Assembly (NCBI RefSeq): GCF_009914755.1
Contig: NC_060931.1
Reading direction: 5' to 3' (one strand)
Source of the DNA: the human T2T-CHM13v2.0 reference genome, Homo sapiens
DNA: 64,000 nucleotides
The notes beneath the pieces were generated by a model. The model made no database searches, had not been told where the DNA came from, and saw only the letters and a list, made by a program, of their open reading frames with translations. Position numbers and translations under genes: made by a program. Shown piece by piece: positions 1 through 10,358 of the stretch. Numbering within the stretch: position 1 is the stretch's first letter; each line of letters starts with the position of its first letter.

Positions 1-539
1 TGTCATCTGGTCTAGAGTATTCCTCTTCCTGCAGGCAGAATTGCATCCAGAGCTATTCTCTCATATCTTAAATGTACTGCTGCTCTCTTGCTATTAACCT
101 AGTTGTATCAGCTAGCAATATAAAGTCCTGCAACAGTCTCCGGTCATGGAATAATTGATGATGTTCCACAAAGACTTATCTATTAACAACCATTACACTT
201 CATTCTGGAAATGAAAATAAAGAAGGCATGTTCTTTCCCTTGAGTGGCTCAAAGACCTGTAAACAGATCATTATAATCAAATATGATTCTATCAAATGCA
301 TAGCTCACATGAATTGCAAAATCTATCATCTTGATAGATTTTTCAAGAGAAGTTTCTGAGGTCTTGCACAATTATTTGTTTTGCAATATTGGTCAAGATA
401 TTCAACCTTTTTGTTTAATAATTCCATAAACAGCAAATTTTTGAGGTTTACAGTGAGGATTACATGAGAGAACATATCTGAAAATGCTTTGTAAACATGA
501 TAAGCACCACTAAAATCTTATACAGTATTTATATTCTTC

Positions 540-1090
540 CAAATCTTAGCTATTGTGGACAGTGCTGTGACAAACATAGGAGTGCAGATATCTCTTTGAT
601 ATACTGATTTCCTTTCTTTTAGGTATATGCCTAGCAGTAGGATTGCTGGATCATATGGTAGCTCTATTTTTAGTTTCTTGAGGAACCTCCAGACTGTTCT
701 CCATAGTGGCTGTACTAATTTACATTCCCACCAACAGCGTACGACGGTTCCCCTTTCTCCACGTGCTCACCTGCATTCATTACGGGTCCATCTTTTGGAT
801 AAAAGCATTTTAACTGGGGTGAGATGATGTCTCATTGTAATTTTGATTTTCATTTCTCTGATGGTTAATGATGTTCAACATTTTTTCATATGGTGTTGGC
901 CATTTGTATGTCTTTTGAGAAGTGTCCATTCATCTTTTGTCCGTTTTAAAATCAGATTATTAGATTTTTTTCCTGTTGTTTGAGTTCCATATATATCCTG
1001 GTTATTAATCTCTTGTCAGAGGGGTAATTTGCAAATATTTTCTCCCATCCTGTGGGTTTTAGCTTCATTTTGCTGATTGTTTCCTTTGTT
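540..1090 (-). mobile_element. L1 (L1MA/L1PB-type) ORF2 3' fragment
   Basis: gtgcagatatctctttgatatactgatttcctttc...ggattgctggatcatatggtag...ttacattcccaccaacag...ttgcaaatattttctcccat. Confidence 0.88.
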
Positions 1091-1559
1091 GGTCACTGTG
1101 TTTAATTGGGTTTGCCCTGCTTTCCAGTTTACCAAAGTAAGGAATTGATCAATGGGGGAAATGGCGATGTTTATGAGTTGGGAGAGAGTGATTCATTGGT
1201 TTGAGATTTTGTCTATTCTGAGACCCATTCCCAAATCATCAATGATTAGCAAAGAAAATAAGGATGCCTTTCCACACTGTGCCTCTATTTTCTACTCTTA
1301 AAGAGAAAAGGAGGAAAACTTGGGCAGAAAGTATACTGTCACCTGAAGGATCCTAAAGATTATCAGGGAAAGAATCCTATTAGGTAATTTTTAAAAGGAC
1401 ATAAAATTATGCAGTGCTATAAAAGAAGGGAAAACTGCTTATTTTTGTCCTAGTTAAGAACACTGCCCCAACCCCTGCCAAGAAATCTTGGTTAAGAATT
1501 CCACACTCTTGCTGAGGATTGTATGTTTTGAAAATTCAGTCTTCCTCTTTCTACTTTTG

Positions 1560-2135
1560 CTCCCTAAATCCAGTCTTCCATAGCAGCCAGAATGATCATT
1601 TCAAATGCAAACCAAATCATGTTATGGTTAAAACACCCTACTTGCTCCCTCTTGTTTGTAGGATAAAATCCAAACACTTTTACATGGCCTACAAGGCTGT
1701 CATGATCTGATTCTTGCCTCCTCCCTTGCCTTCATCATCTCCTCCCTTCCCTCTCTCTCTAGGCTCCAGCCACACTGGCCCCCTCTCTTATCTTTGAGGA
1801 ATCTCCTTCCACCTCCAGGAGCTGCGCCAGCCACTATTTTGTGTGGAAGGCTCAACCTCCACGTCTTCTCACGGTTTGATTGTGTTTTGGGGTCTGTCTC
1901 AGCTCAAACCTTACCTGTTGAGAGGGGTCTTTATTGCCCATCCAAACAAGAGTAAACACAAACACCCACCTGCTCACCCCTTCTTTCAGCTCCCTATCAC
2001 TTCGAGTTTCATTTTTCAGTTGCTAATTTTCTGCCTCCCCTACTGTGTGCTGGGATCTTGCTTGATTGACCTTTCTTTTCCTAAGGCCTGGCATATAGTA
2101 AACGCTCAATAAAAAATTATTGGAAGAATGAAAAA
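1560..2135 (+). mobile_element. L2 3' end
   Basis: cagccagaatgatc...ggataaaatccaaac...ctccagccacactggcc...cctggcatatagtaaacgctcaataaa. Confidence 0.78.
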
Positions 2136-4309
2136 ATGGGTGGGCAATGTTCTCAAACTAGTTGGAACAAACCTTCAGTTTCCTTCCCAGAAGGGAACAC
2201 TTATTGAAGTTACTGAAATATTAGCAAGTTTTGAGAACCAGAGGAAAAAAAATTTAATTGCAGGCATTGTTTTGGACAATCATTTAGAGTTAAAAAGATG
2301 AAGCAGCATTTATTAAAAATTCACTTCATGCTGAGATTAATTTTGAACCTCTTTAATATTGCTTAGAAATGGTATTTTTCAGTTTAGACTTCAATTTGTG
2401 TGAATAATGAACCAATATTTAGAAAATCTTTCTTCTCTTGTTATTTAATTTTGGTTCATCTGATTACTTCCCTAAAATACACAGAAGCAAAATGACATGG
2501 AGTATTATTTTGGCTTGAGGTTGGAGTTCTACTCCAAGTAGACCTCTCAATTTGAAAGCCCTCCAAGCTCTGCATGTTGTTTTTTGAGAACAGTTGGTCC
2601 ATACCTAATCTATTTGTGAATTCAAACAGAATTTTATCATTATTTTTAAATCTAGTTTCCTTGGAGCTTAAGGGAAATGTTTTATTTTCCAAAGGAAGAA
2701 TATTACATTTATTTAAAAGAAAAAAAAAGCAAAAAAAAAAAAAACAAAACAACAACAACAACTTCTGCTATTGCCATTCCCCAAGTACAATCTGTCTTAA
2801 AATCTGAGGCAAAATAAGAAAGTGATGAGTTGCATTGAAGTTCACTTTGCATAGTTTAATAATCATATTCAAACACTTGTATTTAATGGTATGTTGACAA
2901 TGTCAGAAAATCAGATGTTTATGAGGAACAGATTTATTCTTACATGATCCTGTTCTTAGTTGATATTTTGTATCTGAAGATATTTGTTGGGATGCAAAGG
3001 ATTTCTGTGGGAAACATTAAAATTATAGAATTTAAGCATATTTTATTTAAAAGTACATATGCTTATAGAGACTTATAGACTTGTATCAAGTTATATAATT
3101 TACACAGAGGTGAACTTAAAGTGCTAACATATAAACATTAGTGACAGTCTTTAATTATTATTTAGTGAATTTTTCATCATGTGCCAATAGAATATATGAT
3201 GTTAAACATGGAATGTGAGATTCTGAAATTAAGGAGTTTGCTATAATTATGACCTGAGCAGGGATTGATAAGAATTGAAGTTTAGTTGTAATCCTTGAAG
3301 ACTTTTGAAATTTGGATAAATTACGATGGTATCTGGCACACAGAACAACATCTGTTTGAGTATATGTAAGTGTGTGTGTGTTACAAACTCAGAATGGTCA
3401 TAGGCTGCCCGTGGCATGCTTAGTGTTCGGCCCAATTGCTATACAGTAGCACAGAGAATAGAGAGACAGCCTGACAGATGAGTATGAGCACACACAAAAG
3501 GCAAAGGAGAAGCTGTGCAGCTGCCCTCTTCTTCATCTCTGCTGGGTTCCCCACTGAAGTAACTCACCTGGTGTCAGACGAGTGGCACACGGTGTGTTTT
3601 ACAGATGAGGCCTCAGCAGAGATTCACACAGGCTTGCACATTTATCTGTCCCACAGATGTTTCGTCTTCTGTTATCTAGCCAACAAGGCAACAGCTCGAC
3701 TTTGCTAGGGGATCACCTCCAGATGTTCAACCAAAGAGAGACCCTGCCACCCCACTGAGAGTAAGCAGACATCTCCTCACTACATCTGGGGCCACTCAGT
3801 GACAGTACAAATTAGAAAAGGGTTAGCCCATACCAGCTTTGCAGTGGTCATATTTGTAGTTGAGAAACACATAGAAAACAAATTCCAAATACTCATTTTC
3901 CTAGTAAATAGTCGGAAATTTACAAATAGCACAAAGTAACTTTTATAGGAAATAATTCAAATCTGGCAGGCAAGAATTTCTCTGTGACTTTTGTTTGTAA
4001 GTTTTCCTTGCTGAAGTTAATTGAAAATTTTTCCACTGTGACAAATTTGACTGTTTAAACAAAAACAGCCTTAGTCAGATACCTAAAATAAGAAGTGTAG
4101 ATTAACTCCCTTTCTGCATTTATATTTTGCAACACTGGCACCGGATGTCCCATTTGTCTTTTTTGTATTTTGTGAATCTTTACAAAGAGCATATTTTATT
4201 CCAGAGAAGATGAAAAACGGGTAGTTATTGCTCTTTTAGACATTGACTTTGTTTTGTAACGTAGGAGAAAAAGTGTCAAAGCATTGTTACTAAGCATTAA
4301 TAATTTTTT

Positions 4310-5330
4310 CAGAAACTTATGAAGCTCCAATTAGGTGTTATGCAATGTATCAGGTACTAGGATATAAAATGATGAAAAACATATAGCTTATGCCCTATGA
4401 GATTTATATTATAGTCTGGGAGATAACTATATTGTAAACAAAGATAGCGATATGATGCCAGACAACAATAAGGACTCTAAAGAAAATATATTAATGAGAT
4501 AATAACAGAGGTAAAATATGATAAGAAGGAGCCAGTCAGGCATGTAAAGATTTGAGGGAGTAGAGAGAGCACGGCGTAGACTCAGGCCTTGTGGGCGAAC
4601 AAACTCTGCATGTTTTTATTCACGGGGCAACCAGAGGCCAGGGTAGCTGGAGCATGTGAGAAAGAGAGAACAAGATCCCAACTAAGGTCGGAGAAGTTGG
4701 TGGTGCCAGGTTGTCGAAAGTCTATGGACCATGGTAGGAGGTTTGAATTTTATTATAAGCATAATAGGAAGTCAGTGGGGGATTCTAAGCAGAGAATTAA
4801 TGTTACCTAAATTATATTTTAAAAATCATTATTAGAGCTACTGTAAGAGATTGTACTGTTGAGGGCCAAGAGGGCAATCAAGGAGCCCAGAGTAGGGCCT
4901 TTGGGTAGTTTAGGGTGAAAATGATAGTATTTAGGAGCACAGTAGTAGCAGCAGAAATGGAGAAACATGTTAAGATAAAGCCTTTATTTTTGGAGGTTGA
5001 ATTGCCAGGGCTTGCTCACAAATTAAATGAAAAAGATGAGTGATAGAGAAACAAGGATAAATCCCAAATATTTGGCTCATGCAGTTGGGTAAAGCTGTTT
5101 ACTCAAATGAGAAAGATTGGGTGATCAATACAATTGGGTTAGATGGGAATAAAGGTTATTTTTGAGGTGTTTAATGTTTATGATGCCTATTAGATATTCT
5201 AGATCTAAGAAAACAAGTTAAGTACGCAGCTAACTATGCAAGTTTGGAGCTCAGGGGAGAGATTGGAATTGCTCCTATTAATCCAGTTGTCATGAGAATA
5301 TATAGCTATTTCAGAGCAAAATGTGGAGTA
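4310..5330 (-). mobile_element. L2 fragment
   Basis: Purine-rich L2 signature (gaccatggtaggaggtttgaattttatt...gattctaagcagag...gtttggagctcaggggagag). Confidence 0.72.
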
Positions 5331-6089
5331 GAATGGTATAAAAAGTTCTAGGTTTCTACTCTTTTTTTTTAAATCAAATTCATATCTTACAATCTTAGAG
5401 ATGACTTGTCTTTTTTGGGCATGAGATTCCTTATTTAAAAAATAAGGTTTTTAAGAATGTTATTAAAAGATTTTCAAGTCCAGCATTTTATATCTATATG
5501 TTTTCTACTCAGAAGTTACTGTTTTATATCAAGAAACATTTCTTTTACAAACCATGAAGGAATTCTGCTCTTGGAAAAAGATCACAACGTTATTTATTCT
5601 GGCTTTTTTCTTCCCCATGTTTCCTTTGATAGATCAGAAGTGTAGATGAAGCCAAAGAAACTGACCGGAACAAATAGAATTATTTCTGTATTGCATATCA
5701 AAAATTGTTATATATACTGTCATATGCATATCTGTGTCAGTGAGGTTGTAAATACTGACCAGATTTGATTAATGGACTGAACAATGTGATTTCTGGGTAC
5801 TTCAGTGACTTCACAGGTCAGATTTCAGAAGGTCTTCTGTTAAAATGTACATATAATACGTTCCATGGAAACTCAGGGGTTTGTTAATATTAGAGATTTT
5901 CCTTAACTTGCTAACGATGGGAAATTATATTCTAGTAAATTAACACTCAGTTTGTCTGGTCTTTGGCTGCAGTGGTAATACCAGTCTCTTATTTTCAAAA
6001 ATGCTATGATTTTTGTGTTATTTCCCTTTCTAAAATGTTTCACCTTTGCTGCCACCTATTAATATCATATTTAAATGGCCACTGGATTT

Positions 6090-7160
6090 GGCATTATTGC
6101 AGTCATTATTGACCTTAACAAGAGATTTTGGTTAAATGGTGTAGAGGAAAGCCTAAAGAGAAGGGGAAAAGAGAAATGAAGACAGTGAAGAGCGATAACT
6201 CAAGAAATTTTATTGTGAAGGGAGGTATGTAATGGTGTGGTGGGGGAGGAGGTCAAGGAAAGTTTTAGTTAAGATGGATGATATTGCTGAAAGAGTACTA
6301 GTGAGAGCATTCCAGCAGAGAGGGGATCTGTGTGATGGAGGACACAGTGGATAATTGCAGGAGTGGAAGGGATCCAGAGTGTAAGCCAAGGGGTTGACTG
6401 AGATAGGAGTGCAGACATTTCACTCATTGCAACAGCAGGAGGGGTGGATGGGATAGCTTCATAAATGTGCTGGTAGCAGGAGGCTGAGTTTCTCTTCTGA
6501 TGCTTCCATTTTCTCAATGAAATGAGAAGCAAAGGTATCAGCAGGGAGTGAGGAAAAGGGGAGAATGTTAGAGATTTGAAGGGAGAGGAGGTAGTACGAG
6601 ACGGTGAAAGTAAATTAACTAGAAAAGTGGAATAGGGTTGCTAGGCAGCACTGAGACCCCATTGGAGGGTGTAGTCATGAATTTGGAGAACACTCAGCAT
6701 GATCGTAATTTGTTTGTTTGTTTCCTAGCTCATTCAGCTGCTTGGGTTTGGCAGAGATTTAGTATTGACCAAGGTTAGAAGTCTTATTTGTCCAGTAAAA
6801 CCCATATTGAAAGGAGCAGGAGCACTGATGGTAATATAAAGGAGTGGTTTTCAATGAAGTATGGAGCCTAGTCCAGAAAGGAGGGAAGTGAGCAAATGAA
6901 GGGGACAATATGTAGTGAGAATGTGGCTTGGAAAACCCACTAGAATGAGGAATGGTTGGAGTCAGACTATTCTGAGAAAGAGCCAGAAGAAAGGAATGAT
7001 GTTTGAAATTGAGATTTAGAGTAATGCAGGGTTACTGATAAAGATAGGTCTCAGGTAAGGTCATAATGTTGGGGAATGAGGTCAAGTGGAGGACAAAACC
7101 ATTGGAGGTTAGGAGGTTGAGACACTGAGAGGCCATGTTGTGGCCAGGGATTAGGAAGGA
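6090..7160 (-). mobile_element. L2 fragment (old)
   Basis: Purine-rich: ggatttggca...tgaccttaacaagag...gggatccagag...ttctgatgcttccattttctcaatgaa. Confidence 0.6.
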
Positions 7161-8329
7161 GAAGAATCGCAACAGAAGAGTCTTTTTACTTGGTGGGTGA
7201 TATTTGTGGCTTCCTCTTAGTTATTGAATATTTCCTGTAGTGTCAGACATCCAGAAGCTAGCTAGGTTCCAAGTCGCGCCCTCCCTCCCCCTCACCCCCC
7301 AGTAAGCAGGGACTTCCGACATAGCATTTCCTGGACACTGGCTCTCTGGCTAATCTTTCATCCGGTACTCAGTTCCTATTCCATGACCACACATCCCGTA
7401 TAGTTCTTCTGCTATCCTCAAGAGGCCCTTATTGGCAGGATCCTTTGAACACCTCTCCGGGTATCTACTTGAATCCTTAGTGTCATTGGTCCACTAGCTC
7501 TACTGAGCAGGTTCCCAGTAACTTTTCAGCTGTGCTGTGTTAGTGAGAGGGAGAGTTTCTACAGCTCAGTGAGCATTTGTCCAGTCTTCTTACATTTGGT
7601 TTCTCTGATGGGCTCCTGCAGCCTCCTTCACCTGGCTTGTATCTTTTCTCAGATAAATCCCTTCTTCCCACAAGCTCCCCTCACCTGCTCTTATTTGTAG
7701 TCTGAGGTATGAGTAAGGGTTGCAGCACTGACTGATAGTCTCTGTCCCTCTCTCTCTCTGAATAATGAGCGGATGTTTGTTACCCAGTGTCCTTATTCCT
7801 GGCATCCCAGCCAAAACTAGGAATTTTTCTTTAATATCTTGCTCGTTTCTATGCTGTTGCATATTCTTTCTTAAACAGCCAATTAAATGGGTTCCTACAA
7901 CTTTGTAGTCAAAATTTAGGACTATAATATGGTCTCTTTTCTCCAGAATCTCAGTAGTGTCCAAAGTACTATGTATTAAAGAAAAGAAGAGCTGATTAGT
8001 ATTCAGAATTGGGACAAAAGTCCTGCAAATAGTTTCCTAAAATATACTTAAAGTCATCTAAACCATGAGTAAATGAATGTCCTCCTTCTCCCGACTGCCC
8101 AGTAACAATGGATGTTAGATGGTAGGCACAAAGGAAATTCATATTCAAATTTCTTCATTGTGATATGAGTTTTGATTGGTATATGTTTTCTTAGCTTGAT
8201 CTTGTCTGACTTACTTTGGTGATATTTAGGTCTTATATGTGTTTTTCCTAAGTTATATTTTATTTCTCTAGATTCTTACTCTTCACCCAAATATATTATA
8301 AATTGTATCATCTACTTTAACATTATCTT

Positions 8330-8790
8330 TCGGCATGTTCCTCTGGTTCTCAAACTCCACTAGCCTTTTGGTGACTTAGATGCGCTGGTCTCCTTTTCCA
8401 ATCCAAAGTCCCCACAGACTCTGCCTTCTACCAGAAATGCTCCCCACCCTTATTTCCGCCCCTGCTTCCCACCCCTCACACATGTAACTTACTCCTTTCC
8501 ATCCTTCATTCTTTGTGTCTAAACCTAAATATAACACTTCCTCAGCTTAACTCCCTTAACAATCCCCATTTCCACTGCTATGCCAAGCAGTATGTGCTCT
8601 TATAACACCTTGTGTTTCTTTCTTCAAAGCATTTTGTCATACTTGAAAATAGGAATAAGTATTTGAAGCTTTCTAAGACATTCACTAAAAGCTCCATGAG
8701 GGCAGAGCAGTGGCTATTTTTCTAATGCTTAGCATGGTGTCTTGAACATAGTTGGCACTCAGTAAATATTTGTTGAACAAATGAATGAAA
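8330..8790 (+). mobile_element. L2 3' end
   Basis: aagctccatgagggcag...catagttggcactcagtaaatatttgttgaacaaatgaatgaa. Confidence 0.78.
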
Positions 8791-10043
8791 ATTCCTAATA
8801 AATCTACCTACAGTGAAATCAAAGGACTTTGTTAGTGTGTTCAGGGCCATTTGAGGTTGCGTGGACTGCAGGAAAGTCTATAAGCCTAAAGAGGCTGAGG
8901 TGTCCATCTAAGTCTGAGTACTTAAGTATTCACATTTTAAAACATGTATTTTGTAATTATGTGTGAGTGGGAGGTAAGCATGAATTTGACAAAGAAAAAT
9001 CTGCATTCATGTTTATGGTGGTAGTATTATAAGTGTGCTGCTAGTTACAATAATTGGCATGTTGCTTACATAGGCACTGACTTAGCAGAAAACTTAGCAA
9101 CTCTTGAAAACACAGTTCAAGGTCTGCAGATGATTTGGTCCACAGGGCCACTGTGAAATAAAACAAATGACCAGTGTGAGACAAAATAATCTTGAGACTT
9201 TTTCCCCATTTATTGAGCTTTCATGTTATGATATTTTGCTATTGTTTAAGTTAGGCATATTGTCAGTTATCTTTTAAAATCATTAAGCAGTTAATTCATT
9301 GACTTCTGAAAACTAAGTTCAATCTAATTTATAAAATAAATAAAATGTCTAAATAATGATTTCCAAATTAAAAAATAATTTCCTGATTCTTTTCTAATAT
9401 TTAATTTCCATTTGAGTCTGTTCATAAAACATCTTATTGTTAATTTTTTTTAAATCATACACCTCTTTAAAGTTCAGAATATCAAAATAAATATTTCTAG
9501 TTCTTACAAATATATATAAGAAGATGCTTTTTCATTTGACTGTCGTTTCTCTGTATAGGTACAAGAAAATTAGACAAAGACTATTAGCATTTGTGTTCTG
9601 GCTTTCATAGCGTTTAACATTCGTTGAAAAATGATATTGACAACATTTTTTATCACCCCCTTTATCTTTTGAGAAAAGTATTATTCCCAGGTTCAACTTT
9701 CAAAACATGTCCTTTTGAAAGTTTCAGGGTTTCCATGGATAGTTTATTTACCTTTTTCTACACCATGTTCTAACTGCATTAAAGAGTGATCCATTAAAAA
9801 GAAAAAACAATCCAACACTTAAAGACCTTATTCACTGCCTACTGGACCCATACAATATGGAATAATGGGACTACTTTAGATTTAGTATTACTGAGGAAAC
9901 TTGTTGCCTACAAGTTCATTCTGAAATTTATGTTCAATGATTAGAAATCACAGTGTATGAGTTATTAGAAATCAAAGTGTAATTTGCTTCTCTGTTACCA
10001 TGAAGAACTACTGAATTTTGAACCCCTGAACACTCTCTTCTAG

Positions 10044-10307
10044 CTGCTTTCGAAATCTATTGAACAACTGAAGCAACCAGGCAGTCACCTTGAGGAAGCA
10101 GAGGAAGAGCTTCAGGGGGACCAGGCGATGCAGGAAGACAGAGCGCCCTCTAGTGGCAACAGCACTAGGAGCGACAGCAGTGCTTGTGTGGATGACACAC
10201 TGGGACAAGTTGGGGCTGTGAAGGTCAAGGAGGAACCAGTGGACAGTGATGAAGATGCTCAGATCCAGGAAATGGAATCTGGGGAGCAGGCTGCTTTTAT
10301 GCAACAG
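10044..10307 (+). CDS. HDAC9: HDAC9 internal coding exon (exon 12 in common numbering), 88 codons, contains the VKEE SUMO consensus
   Basis: Acceptor cactctcttctag| ends at 10043; donor CAG|GTAATA at 10307/10308; 264 nt, phase 0-0. Translation [88 protein letters not shown] is recognised as class IIa HDAC9. It is in frame with the ORF-track entry 10128..10358. Confidence 0.97.
10142..10158 (-). promoter_or_regulatory. CTCF-binding motif inside the coding exon
   Basis: + strand AGCGCCCTCTAGTGGCA = minus strand TGCCACTAGAGGGCGCT, matching the core CCASYAGRKGGCRS at every position. Confidence 0.75.
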
Positions 10308-10358
10308 GTAATAGGCAAAGATTTAGCTCCAGGATTTGTAATTAAAGTCATTATCTGA
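10308..10358 (+). CDS. HDAC9: MITR/HDRP isoform-specific C-terminal extension [16 protein letters not shown] (read-through of the exon donor)
   Basis: Open frame continues past the GT donor to TGA at 10356-10358. The peptide matches the known C-terminus of the short HDAC9 isoform lacking the deacetylase domain. Confidence 0.93.
   Translation, partial: VIGKDLAPGFVIKVII

Larger units (their letters stand above)
1..10043 (+). other. HDAC9: HDAC9 intron upstream of the exon (3' part)
   Basis: No other HDAC9-like coding sequence seen; ends in a pyrimidine tract + AG. Confidence 0.85.

Noticed and set aside
10008-10304. 98-aa minus-strand ORF overlapping the HDAC9 exon
   Set aside because: Antisense shadow of a real coding exon; no independent promoter, splice or homology evidence.
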